64,000 nucleotides of DNA from NCBI RefSeq assembly GCF_003334815.1, contig NZ_QOWO01000013.1, one strand, 5' to 3'. The position numbers and the translations under genes are program-made. The DNA is from Escherichia coli. Its GTDB lineage: Bacteria > Pseudomonadota > Gammaproteobacteria > Enterobacterales > Enterobacteriaceae. Each line of letters begins with the position of its first letter. Position 1 is the first letter of the stretch. Shown piece after piece: positions 15,767 to 30,120 of this stretch. The notes beneath the pieces are model-generated. The model was not told the DNA's origin. It did no database searches and worked only from the letters and a program-made list of their open reading frames with translations.

Positions 15767-16641
15767 CAGCTCGCTACATCGCAATTGACTGGGGATCGAC
15801 CAATCTGCGCGCCTGGCTTTATCAGGGCGACCACTGCCTGGAGAGCAGGCAATCAGAAGCAGGCGTCACGCGCCTGAACGGAAAATCTCCGGCTGCGGTG
15901 TTAGCAGAAGTCACGACCGACTGGCGTGAAGAGAAAACGCCAGTGGTAATGGCAGGAATGGTTGGCAGCAACGTCGGCTGGAAAGTTGCACCGTATTTAT
16001 CTGTTCCTGCCTGTTTTTCGTCTATTGGCGAACAATTAACGTCAGTTGGCGACAATATCTGGATTATTCCCGGATTATGTGTCTCTCATGACGATAACCA
16101 CAATGTGATGCGCGGCGAAGAAACACAATTGATCGGCGCGCGAGCTCTGGCTCCTTCCTCTCTTTATGTCATGCCCGGAACCCATTGCAAATGGGTGCAG
16201 GCCGATAGCCAGCAAATCAACGATTTTCGCACCGTGATGACCGGTGAATTACATCATTTACTGTTAAATCACTCATTGATTGGCGCAGGTTTGCCGCCGC
16301 AGGAAAACTCTGCCGATGCCTTCACAGCTGGCCTTGAGCGTGGTCTTAATACGCCCGCCATATTGCCGCAGCTTTTTGAAGTTCGCGCCTCGCATGTGCT
16401 GGGAACACTTCCCCGCGAACAGGTCAGCGAATTTCTCTCTGGTTTGTTGATTGGCGCAGAGGTCGCCAGTATGCGCGACTATGTGGCCCATCAACACGCC
16501 ATCACCCTTGTCGCCGGAACATCGCTGACCGCGCGCTACCAGCAAGCCTTTCAGGCGATGGGTTGCGACGTGACGGCGGTGGCGGGCGACACGGCATTTC
16601 AGGCTGGTATAAGGAGCATCGCTCATGCAGTGGCAAACTAA
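15763..16641 (+). CDS. dgoK: 2-dehydro-3-deoxygalactonokinase
   Basis: 292-aa ORF MTARYIAIDWGSTNLRAWLY...; overlaps the dgoR stop and the dgoA start. Confidence 0.9.
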   Translation: MTARYIAIDWGSTNLRAWLYQGDHCLESRQSEAGVTRLNGKSPAAVLAEVTTDWREEKTPVVMAGMVGSNVGWKVAPYLSVPACFSSIGEQLTSVGDNIWIIPGLCVSHDDNHNVMRGEETQLIGARALAPSSLYVMPGTHCKWVQADSQQINDFRTVMTGELHHLLLNHSLIGAGLPPQENSADAFTAGLERGLNTPAILPQLFEVRASHVLGTLPREQVSEFLSGLLIGAEVASMRDYVAHQHAITLVAGTSLTARYQQAFQAMGCDVTAVAGDTAFQAGIRSIAHAVAN

Positions 16642-17242
16642 ACTCCCGCTGATCGCCATTTTGCGCGGTATTACGCCCGACGAGGCGCTGGCGCATGTTG
16701 GCGCGGTGATTGACGCCGGGTTCGACGCGGTTGAAATCCCGCTGAATTCCCCACAATGGGAGCAAAGCATTCCCGCCATCGTTGATGCGTACGGCGACAA
16801 GGCGTTGATTGGCGCAGGTACGGTACTGAAACCTGAACAGGTCGATGCGCTCGCCAGGATGAGCTGTCAGCTCATCGTTACGCCCAATATCCATAGTGAA
16901 GTGATCCGCCGTGCGGTGGGCTACGGCATGACCGTCTGCCCCGGCTGCGCGACGGCGACCGAAGCCTTTACCGCGCTCGAAGCGGGCGCGCAGGCGCTGA
17001 AAATATTTCCGTCATCGGCTTTTGGTCCGCAATACATCAAAGCGTTAAAAGCGGTATTGCCATCGGACATCGCAGTCTTTGCCGTTGGCGGCGTGACGCC
17101 AGAAAACCTGGCGCAGTGGATAGACGCAGGTTGTGCAGGGGCGGGCTTAGGCAGCGATCTCTATCGCGCCGGGCAATCCGTAGAGCGCACCGCGCAGCAG
17201 GCAGCAGCATTTGTTAAGGCGTATCGAGAGGCAGTGCAATGA
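16625..17242 (+). CDS. dgoA: 2-dehydro-3-deoxy-6-phosphogalactonate aldolase
   Basis: 205-aa [25 protein letters not shown]..., KDPG-aldolase-like. Confidence 0.9.
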
Positions 17243-18387
17243 AAATCACCAAAATTACCACGTATCGTTTACCTCCCCGCTGGATGTTCCTGAAAATTGA
17301 AACCGATGAAGGCGTGGTCGGTTGGGGCGAGCCCGTGATCGAAGGCCGCGCCCGTACGGTGGAAGCGGCAGTTCACGAGCTGGGTGACTATTTGATTGGT
17401 CAGGATCCATCGCGCATCAATGACTTATGGCAAGTGATGTATCGCGCCGGATTCTATCGCGGCGGTCCGATCCTGATGAGCGCCATCGCCGGGATTGACC
17501 AGGCGTTATGGGATATCAAAGGTAAAGTGCTGAATGCGCCGGTCTGGCAACTGATGGGCGGCCTGGTTCGCGACAAAATTAAAGCCTACAGTTGGGTTGG
17601 CGGCGATCGTCCGGCGGATGTTATCGACGGCATTAAAACGCTACGCGAAATCGGCTTCGATACCTTCAAACTGAACGGTTGTGAAGAACTGGGGCTAATT
17701 GATAACTCCCGCGCGGTAGATGCGGCGGTTAACACCGTGGCACAAATTCGTGAAGCTTTTGGCAATCAGATTGAGTTTGGTCTTGATTTCCACGGTCGCG
17801 TCAGCGCGCCGATGGCGAAAGTGCTGATTAAAGAACTGGAGCCGTATCGCCCGCTGTTTATTGAGGAGCCGGTGCTGGCGGAACAAGCCGAATACTACCC
17901 GAAACTGGCGGCACAAACGCATATTCCACTGGCGGCGGGTGAACGCATGTTCTCACGCTTCGATTTTAAACGCGTGCTGGAGGCAGGTGGTATTTCGATT
18001 CTGCAACCGGATCTCTCCCACGCGGGCGGTATTACCGAATGCTACAAAATCGCCGGAATGGCAGAAGCCTATGACGTGACCCTTGCGCCGCACTGTCCGC
18101 TCGGACCGATTGCACTGGCGGCTTGCCTGCATATCGACTTTGTTTCCTATAACGCCGTACTTCAGGAACAAAGTATGGGAATTCATTACAACAAAGGCGC
18201 GGAGTTACTCGACTTTGTGAAAAACAAAGAAGACTTCAGCATGGTCGGCGGCTTCTTTAAACCGTTAACGAAACCGGGCTTAGGCGTGGAAATCGACGAA
18301 GCTAAAGTGATTGAGTTCAGTAAAAATGCCCCGGACTGGCGTAATCCGCTCTGGCGTCATGAAGATAACAGCGTAGCAGAGTGGTAA
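17239..18387 (+). CDS. dgoD: D-galactonate dehydratase (enolase superfamily)
   Basis: 382-aa [35 protein letters not shown]... Confidence 0.9.
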
Positions 18388-18506
18388 TTCCTGCCACGTA
18401 AGCCCCTCATCGGGCACTAAAACAGCAATACAAAAATATAACCCTCTGTAAATTACAGGGCATGGTGAGCGGCTTCGCTATGCCCAAAATCTGGAGAAAG
18501 CTCGCT

Positions 18507-19799
18507 ATGGATATTCCCGTTAATGCAGCAAAGCCGGGGCGTCGGCGTTATCTGACGCTGGTGATGATCTTTATTACGGTAGTCATTTGTTATGTCGACC
18601 GCGCCAACCTGGCCGTGGCTTCCGCCCATATTCAGGAAGAGTTCGGCATTACCAAAGCGGAAATGGGCTATGTATTTTCGGCCTTCGCCTGGCTTTATAC
18701 GCTATGTCAGATCCCCGGCGGTTGGTTTTTAGATCGCGTAGGTTCTCGCGTGACTTATTTTATTGCGATATTTGGCTGGTCAGTGGCGACTTTATTCCAG
18801 GGCTTTGCCACGGGCTTAATGTCATTAATTGGTCTGCGCGCGATAACCGGTATTTTCGAAGCGCCTGCTTTCCCGACCAATAACCGGATGGTGACCAGCT
18901 GGTTCCCGGAACATGAACGCGCTTCTGCCGTTGGTTTTTATACGTCTGGTCAGTTTGTCGGTCTGGCGTTTCTGACGCCGCTGCTGATCTGGATTCAGGA
19001 GATGTTGAGCTGGCACTGGGTGTTCATTGTCACTGGTGGTATCGGCATTATCTGGTCGCTGATTTGGTTTAAGGTTTATCAGCCGCCGCGCCTGACCAAA
19101 GGTATCAGCAAAGCTGAACTGGATTACATTCGTGATGGCGGCGGTCTGGTGGATGGTGATGCGCCGGTGAAGAAAGAGGCGCGTCAGCCGTTAACAGCCA
19201 AAGACTGGAAACTGGTGTTCCATCGTAAACTGATCGGCGTTTATCTTGGGCAATTTGCGGTGGCTTCTACACTGTGGTTTTTCTTAACCTGGTTCCCGAA
19301 CTATTTAACCCAGGAAAAAGGAATCACGGCGCTGAAAGCAGGCTTTATGACCACGGTGCCATTCCTCGCGGCGTTTGTCGGCGTCCTGCTCTCTGGCTGG
19401 GTAGCGGATCTGCTGGTACGTAAGGGCTTTTCACTGGGCTTTGCGCGTAAAACGCCGATTATCTGCGGCTTGCTGATCTCCACCTGCATTATGGGCGCTA
19501 ACTACACTAACGATCCGATGATGATTATGTGCCTGATGGCGCTGGCATTCTTCGGTAACGGTTTTGCTTCGATTACCTGGTCGCTGGTTTCTTCTCTGGC
19601 ACCGATGCGCCTGATTGGTTTAACCGGCGGCGTGTTTAACTTCGCCGGTGGTCTGGGCGGCATCACCGTTCCGCTGGTGGTGGGGTACCTGGCGCAGGGT
19701 TACGGTTTCGCACCTGCACTGGTTTATATCTCCGCCGTCGCGTTGATTGGCGCGCTCTCTTATATCCTGCTGGTGGGCGATGTGAAGCGCGTTGGCTAA
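18507..19799 (+). CDS. dgoT: D-galactonate transporter (MFS)
   Basis: MFS ORF; start set at [16 protein letters not shown]... to give 430 aa (the ORF track extends 15 codons upstream). Confidence 0.85.
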
Positions 19800-20860
19800 T
19801 CCTTCAACTGTGGAATATGTGCCACACCACTGCGCATAATCCACTTTCTTAAAGCCGGTGCGGTCAGGCATCGGCTTTTTACTATCTTGCCGAAGAGTTT
19901 TAAACGCAGTTTGCGGGTGGCGCGCCAGTAAGCGGTATTGAGCTTCTCTGGCTGCTTCAGTAACACCGAACGCAGAATGTCTGTGCTATCCAGCGCATAG
20001 CTAATCCCCTCCAGCGAGCTGGCGCTGATAAATCCCGCCGCTTCACCAATCAGAAAGGCGTTGTCCTTACCGCAGACAAAATCCTGCCAGCGCGAGGGAA
20101 ACAGCACCGTGCATTTTTCGCTTTTCACCGTCTTACCAAACTGGAACTGAAAGGCGCTCATTTTCTCTTTCAGCGTCGTGAAACGCGTCTGACCGTCTTT
20201 CATTGGGTAGGCACCGCCAAAGATAAAATAACCGTCTTTGCTGATACTCCATGAATAACAGTTAGTTATCGAATTATCAAAGATGCAGGAGTAGAACGGC
20301 ACCGGATGTTTCTCCGCGAACCACTGCTGGATAGCGACATATTTACGGATTTGATGATCCGGGTAGAGATGTCGCCGCACCATCGAGTTTGCGCCATCGG
20401 CACCGACCAGATAGCGGGCGGTAATATGTTGCTCCCAGCCGTCTGCACGAAAAATGACATGCCATTTATCATCCTCACGCCAGATTTTTCGGCACAGGCT
20501 GTCGTGATAAACCTCAACGCTGGCGGGGATCAGCGATTTCATCCACAAGTCGAAAGCATGGCGATTAATATTGATATAGCTTCGCTGGTAGTTACGCGTG
20601 AGCGATGCGGCGACGTCGACGGTTTTGACGCTGAAAATCTGCGGATTAGCGATCACATCGACAGGAAGCGTCAGCCCATCGCGAATAAAAGATCGCTGCG
20701 CGTCCGGTGCCAGCAGACCGCCGCAGGGTTTGCTGAAACCTTCAGTACCACACTGGTGCTTTTTATCCAGCGCGATCACCTGCATTTTGCCTGCTAACTT
20801 TCGTGCCAACGCCGATCCTGCCGGGCCGAGGCCAATAATCGCCACGTCGAAATGTTCCAT
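19796..20860 (-). CDS. cbrA: FAD-dependent oxidoreductase CbrA (YidS)
   Basis: [27 protein letters not shown]... with a Rossmann GxGxxG dinucleotide-binding motif; 354 aa from the MEHF start. Confidence 0.85.
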
Positions 20861-20927
20861 CTTTTCACTCACATTCATCACGATGGCAAAAGACTATTGT
20901 CTGAAAGTGAAGTCCTTGTGAAGTATG

Positions 20928-22175
20928 ATGGCGGGACCCGTTTTGTATCAGGACCGCGCCATGAAACAGATAACCTTTGCTCCCCGTAATCACCTGCTCA
21001 CCAATACCAATACCTGGACGCCCGACAGCCAGTGGCTGGTATTTGACGTGCGTCCTTCTGGCGCGTCGTTTACCGGCGAGACCATTGAGCGTGTGAATAT
21101 CCATACCGGCGAGGTCGAGGTTATCTATCGCGCGTCACAGGGCGCACACGTCGGCGTGGTGACCGTTCATCCGAAGTCAGAGAAATATGTTTTCATCCAC
21201 GGCCCGGAAAATCCTGATGAAACATGGCATTACGACTTCCATCATCGGCGCGGAGTGATTGTTGAAGGCGGCAAGATGAGTAACCTTGATGCGATGGATA
21301 TTACCGCGCCGTATACGCCAGGAGTGCTGCGCGGCGGCAGCCATGTGCATGTCTTTAGCCCGAACGGTGAAAGGGTGAGCTTTACCTATAACGACCATGT
21401 AATGCATGAACTCGATCCGGCGCTGGATTTGCGAAACGTCGGTGTTGCTGCGCCGTTTGGCCCGGTCAACGTACAAAAGCAGCATCCGCGTGAATACAGC
21501 GGTAGCCACTGGTGCGTGCTGGTGAGCAAAACCACGCCCACGCCACAGCCTGGCAGTGATGAAATCAATCGTGCTTATGAAGAAGGATGGGTAGGAAATC
21601 ACGCGCTGGCATTTATTGGCGACACACTTTCGCCAAAGGGCGAGAAAGTGCCGGAGCTGTTTATCGTTGAGTTACCGCAAGATGAAGCTGGCTGGAAAGC
21701 GGCAGGTGATGCGCCGTTAAGCGGAACGGAAACAACCCTGCCCGCGCCACCGCGTGGCGTCGTGCAGCGACGTTTAACCTTTACCCACCATCGGGCTTAT
21801 CCGGGGTTAGTCAACGTCCCGCGCCACTGGGTGCGCTGTAATCCGCAGGGTACACAAATCGCGTTTTTAATGCGAGATGATAACGGCATTGTGCAACTGT
21901 GGCTTATCTCGCCACAGGGCGGCGAGCCGCGCCAGTTAACCCATAACAAAACGGATATTCAGTCTGCATTTAACTGGCATCCGTCAGGAGAATGGTTGGG
22001 CTTTGTGCTGGATAATCGAATTGCTTGTGCCCATGCGCAAAGCGGCGAGGTTGAGTATTTAACCGAACACCACGCCAATTCACCTTCTGCGGACGCCGTG
22101 GTCTTCTCGCCGGATGGTCAGTGGCTGGCGTGGATGGAAGGCGGCCAGCTGTGGATCACCGAAACTGATCGCTAA
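20928..22175 (+). CDS. yidR: Uncharacterized protein YidR
   Basis: About 415-aa ORF in the conserved position between cbrA and yidQ; start chosen at the second Met of the ORF. Confidence 0.75.
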   Translation: MAGPVLYQDRAMKQITFAPRNHLLTNTNTWTPDSQWLVFDVRPSGASFTGETIERVNIHTGEVEVIYRASQGAHVGVVTVHPKSEKYVFIHGPENPDETWHYDFHHRRGVIVEGGKMSNLDAMDITAPYTPGVLRGGSHVHVFSPNGERVSFTYNDHVMHELDPALDLRNVGVAAPFGPVNVQKQHPREYSGSHWCVLVSKTTPTPQPGSDEINRAYEEGWVGNHALAFIGDTLSPKGEKVPELFIVELPQDEAGWKAAGDAPLSGTETTLPAPPRGVVQRRLTFTHHRAYPGLVNVPRHWVRCNPQGTQIAFLMRDDNGIVQLWLISPQGGEPRQLTHNKTDIQSAFNWHPSGEWLGFVLDNRIACAHAQSGEVEYLTEHHANSPSADAVVFSPDGQWLAWMEGGQLWITETDR

Positions 22176-22176
22176 A

Positions 22177-22509
22177 TCAGTTATCAGGCATTCTGGCCGG
22201 TGGAATAACCGCATTGGTGGCTTGCGCGTTGGCTTCGCTTTTTTCAACGCGCGAGCGCACCGAGCTGTCTTTGCGGAACACATCCCACGGCAGTAAAAGC
22301 GTGTCCATCACAGCGGTAAACGGCATATCGAGAATCGCCAGCGACTTAGTGCCCCAGTTGGTTTCATCGTCGCCAATCATGGTTGCGCTGGCGCGGGTGC
22401 CGGGATACGTTCCTTCTTTCCCTCCGGTATGGGACATCACGCTGGAGCATCCTCCGAGTAATGTCATTCCGCTGCATATCATGAACGCTAACAACACATT
22501 TCTTATCAT
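22177..22509 (-). CDS. yidQ: Putative lipoprotein YidQ (DUF1375)
   Basis: ORF MIRNVLLAFMICSGMTLLGGCSS... with a lipobox; 110 aa from that start. Confidence 0.8.
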   Translation of the reverse strand: MIRNVLLAFMICSGMTLLGGCSSVMSHTGGKEGTYPGTRASATMIGDDETNWGTKSLAILDMPFTAVMDTLLLPWDVFRKDSSVRSRVEKSEANAQATNAVIPPARMPDN

Positions 22510-22683
22510 AATAAATTCATCTGTTGATCGTGGGTGTTGGCCTGATGAGTTATAGCGATCCCTTGCTGAAAATAACATCATCATTACGTCGCACTGTGGC
22601 GGCTATCGCACTTTAACGTTTCGTGCTGCCCCCTCAGTCTATGCAATAGACCATAAACTGCAAAAAAAAGTCCGCTGATAAGG

Positions 22684-22713
22684 CTTGAAAAGTTCATTTC
22701 CAGACCCATTTTT
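22684..22713 (+). promoter_or_regulatory. Sigma-32 heat-shock promoter of ibpA
   Basis: CTTGAAA (-35) followed 14 nt later by CCCATTTTT (-10), matching the sigma-32 consensus CTTGAAA-N13-15-CCCCATNT, about 100 bp upstream of ibpA. Confidence 0.7.
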
Positions 22714-22814
22714 ACATCGTAGCCGATGAGGACGCGCCTGATGGGTGTTCTGGCTACCTGACCTGTCCATTGTGGAAGGTCTTACATTCTCGCTGATTTC
22801 AGGAGCTATTGATT

Positions 22815-23228
22815 ATGCGTAACTTTGATTTATCCCCGCTTTACCGTTCTGCTATTGGATTTGACCGTTTGTTTAACCACTTAGAAAACAACCAGAGCCA
22901 GAGTAATGGCGGCTACCCTCCGTATAACGTTGAACTGGTAGACGAAAACCATTACCGCATTGCTATCGCTGTGGCTGGTTTTGCTGAGAGCGAACTGGAA
23001 ATTACCGCCCAGGATAATCTGCTGGTGGTGAAAGGTGCTCACGCCGACGAACAAAAAGAGCGCACCTATCTGTACCAGGGCATCGCTGAACGCAACTTTG
23101 AACGCAAATTCCAGTTAGCTGAGAACATTCATGTTCGTGGTGCTAACCTGGTAAATGGTTTGCTGTATATCGATCTCGAACGCGTGATTCCGGAAGCGAA
23201 AAAACCGCGCCGTATCGAAATCAACTAA
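22815..23228 (+). CDS. ibpA: Small heat shock protein IbpA
   Basis: [43 protein letters not shown]..., alpha-crystallin domain, 137 aa. Confidence 0.95.
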
Positions 23229-23339
23229 TTCCCTAAGGCCGCCTGGCGCGGCCTGACATCTCCATGCTCGCCGTCAGGGAGCATATGCGAATCTTCGGAT
23301 TTGCAGGTACTTACTCGCTTCTTAGAAGGAGAAATGACT

Positions 23340-23768
23340 ATGCGTAACTTCGATTTATCCCCACTGATGCGTCAATGGATCGGTTTTGACAAACTGGCCA
23401 ACGCACTGCAAAACGCCGGTGAAAGCCAGAGCTTCCCGCCGTACAACATTGAGAAAAGCGACGATAACCACTACCGCATTACCCTTGCGCTGGCAGGTTT
23501 CCGTCAGGAAGATTTAGAGATTCAACTGGAAGGTACGCGCCTGAGCGTAAAAGGCACGCCGGAGCAGCCAAAAGAAGAGAAAAAATGGCTGCATCAAGGG
23601 CTTATGAATCAGCCATTTAGCCTGAGCTTTACGCTGGCTGAAAATATGGAAGTCTCTGGCGCAACCTTCGTAAACGGTTTACTGCATATTGATTTAATTC
23701 GTAATGAGCCTGAACCCATCGCAGCGCAGCGTATCGCTATCAGCGAACGTCCCGCGTTAAATAGCTAA
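23340..23768 (+). CDS. ibpB: Small heat shock protein IbpB
   Basis: [41 protein letters not shown]..., paralog of ibpA, 142 aa. Confidence 0.95.
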
Positions 23769-23784
23769 CTAGCTATTCTCTTTG

Positions 23785-23811
23785 CCCCGCCATTCTGGTG
23801 GGGCTTTTTTT
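23785..23811 (+). terminator. Rho-independent terminator of ibpAB
   Basis: CCCCGCCATTCTGGTGGGGC followed by TTTTTTT. Confidence 0.8.
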
Positions 23812-23963
23812 GTCTTACTTACTCAACAATGCGTTAAATTTCGACTGTTTAAGATATTTCGGCACGTTCTTTCCCGTGATAATGTGCGCTATAAGGCAAA
23901 TCTGCTTCACCGATTCAGCCATAATCCGTAGCAATTAAAATGTTATCTCAAGAGAAATGGACG

Positions 23964-25625
23964 ATGAGTGATATAGCATTAACGGTCAGTATTCTGGCTT
24001 TGGTGGCAGTCGTCGGTTTGTTTATCGGCAACGTCAAATTTCGCGGCATAGGATTAGGTATTGGCGGCGTGCTGTTTGGTGGGATCATCGTCGGCCATTT
24101 TGTTTCTCAGGCGGGGATGACATTAAGTAGCGATATGCTGCATGTTATTCAGGAATTTGGCCTGATCCTGTTCGTTTATACTATCGGGATTCAGGTAGGG
24201 CCGGGCTTCTTTGCCTCATTGCGCGTCTCCGGATTACGCCTCAACCTGTTTGCTGTTCTGATCGTCATCATCGGTGGTCTGGTTACCGCCATCCTGCATA
24301 AACTGTTTGATATTCCACTGCCGGTAGTGCTGGGGATTTTCTCCGGTGCGGTTACCAATACGCCAGCGCTGGGGGCAGGGCAGCAGATTTTGCGCGACCT
24401 GGGTACACCAATGGAAATGGTCGATCAGATGGGGATGAGTTACGCGATGGCGTATCCATTCGGCATTTGCGGGATTTTGTTCACCATGTGGATGTTGCGG
24501 GTTATTTTCCGCGTCAATGTCGAGACAGAAGCTCAGCAGCACGAGTCTTCACGCACCAATGGCGGCGCGCTGATCAAGACTATCAATATTCGCGTTGAGA
24601 ACCCTAACCTGCATGATTTAGCCATTAAAGATGTACCGATTCTCAACGGCGACAAAATTATCTGCTCGCGTCTGAAACGCGAAGAAACCCTAAAAGTTCC
24701 TTCGCCAGATACCATTATCCAACTGGGCGATTTGCTGCATCTGGTGGGTCAGCCAGCGGATTTACATAATGCGCAACTGGTGATTGGTCAGGAGGTCGAT
24801 ACTTCGCTGTCCACGAAAGGCACTGATTTGCGCGTCGAGCGTGTGGTGGTCACCAATGAAAACGTGCTCGGAAAACGTATTCGCGACCTGCACTTTAAAG
24901 AACGCTATGACGTTGTTATCTCGCGCCTGAACCGTGCCGGGGTCGAACTGGTCGCCAGTGGCGATATCAGCCTGCAGTTCGGCGATATCCTCAATCTGGT
25001 GGGGCGTCCGTCCGCAATTGATGCCGTTGCCAATGTGCTGGGGAATGCGCAGCAAAAACTGCAACAGGTTCAGATGCTGCCAGTGTTTATTGGCATCGGG
25101 CTAGGCGTATTGTTAGGTTCTATTCCCGTCTTTGTGCCAGGATTCCCGGCCGCGTTGAAACTGGGGCTGGCGGGCGGACCGCTGATTATGGCGTTGATCC
25201 TCGGGCGTATCGGCAGTATCGGCAAGCTGTACTGGTTTATGCCGCCAAGCGCCAACCTCGCGCTGCGGGAGCTGGGGATCGTGCTGTTCCTCTCGGTCGT
25301 TGGTCTGAAATCTGGTGGGGATTTTGTGAATACCCTGGTCAATGGCGAAGGGCTAAGCTGGATTGGTTATGGTGCCCTGATCACCGCCGTTCCGCTGATT
25401 ACTGTTGGCATTCTGGCGCGGATGTTAGCCAAAATGAATTACCTGACCATGTGCGGGATGCTGGCAGGTTCCATGACCGATCCTCCGGCGCTGGCGTTTG
25501 CTAATAATCTTCATCCAACCAGCGGTGCGGCGGCGCTCTCTTACGCCACTGTCTATCCGTTGGTAATGTTCCTGCGCATTATCACCCCCCAATTACTGGC
25601 GGTGCTCTTCTGGAGTATCGGTTAA
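23964..25625 (+). CDS. yidE: Putative transport protein YidE (AAE family, two TrkA-C-like domains)
   Basis: [35 protein letters not shown]..., polytopic membrane protein; 553 aa from the MSDI start. Confidence 0.85.
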
Positions 25626-26338
25626 CTCTTTTCCGGGTGGAGTCGCCGTAAATGGTACTCCACCTGGTATTCGCTGGCATTTCTGAACATCACTGAATAA
25701 TTCAAAAACTCCCCGCTCTCGCTATATGACAACGAGGTGATCCGCAGCAGTGGCGTGTGTTCCGCTACCTTCATTTGCCGCGCCAGCAGTCTATCGGCGA
25801 GCACTGGCGTCAGGCTTTCATAATTACCGCCAATCAAAATCCCGCACTCTTGTTCAATATATTCAAACTTCGACCCTTCCAGATGTTGCAGCGAAAGATT
25901 ACGGAACAGTTTTACCGGCATATAGCTGTCTTCCAGCATCAGCGGTTTCCCTTCCACAAAACGAACGCGACGGGAGAAGTAGATCTGCTCGTTGATTTGA
26001 ATCCGTAACTGGCTGGCAATGGCCGGAGGCGCAGGCATGATTTCAAAAATCAGCACCTGGCTGGTGACCGTTTTTCCCTGCCGTTTTAACACCTCCACCA
26101 GCCCGGTCAGACTGGCGGTTTGATGCAGTACATCTTTGCGCACCAGGTAAGTGCCACTACCGTGGCGGCGGACCACCAGCCCCCACGCTACCAGCAGGTC
26201 AATGGCTTTACGGATGGTCATCCGCGATACCGCAAACTCTTCCGCCAGCTTTTTTTCACCGGGAAGAAGGCTGTTTAGCGTGAAATCTGCGGAGTTAAGT
26301 CGAATTCTTAACCGCTCCGCAATGCTTTTGTAGATCAT
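25622..26338 (-). CDS. yidP: GntR/HutC-family transcriptional regulator YidP
   Basis: [52 protein letters not shown]... with wHTH and UTRA-like domains; 238 aa. Confidence 0.85.
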
Positions 26339-26633
26339 CTCTAGATCTCTTTTTTGCCTGCAAGCCCGGGTAATGCGCACACAAGTTCTGCTTAATCGAT
26401 TGAAAAAACATCTTTTTTTTAAAGATGTGTTCGATGCTGTGTACCTGTGCTCACAGAGGTCTACTTTTTCGCGAAAACGTAGATCTCTACCGCCCAACGA
26501 AAAGCATGAAAGCGATCACGAATCCCATTGGGTCGTCATGTTCTGCCGATCGCATCTTCCTATCCTCGCTCCAGGCCTGCCGCATAACCAATCAGGCTTC
26601 CTACTTACAGAATTGAGAAAAGAGGATGTGGAA

Positions 26634-29954
<3,321 letters not shown>

Positions 29955-30120
29955 TTTAATATCCCTCCGGCGAATTATGCTCACAACCTGAACTTAACAG
30001 AAAACAATCCGTTCAGGGATACGACGTTTGTATTTTAAGAATCTGACTGCCTGACCCGACGCATTTTACCTCTCCCTATATTCATGCGTCCGGGACATAA
30101 ACATAAATAAGGGCTATGAG

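Noticed and set aside
26373-26633. 5' extension of the glv EIICB ORF (625 versus 538 codons)
   Set aside because: The upstream in-frame region lies in the yidP-glvC divergent promoter region and is not membrane-protein-like; the start at MLSQIQRFGG is preceded by GAGGATG and fits an EIIC N-terminus.
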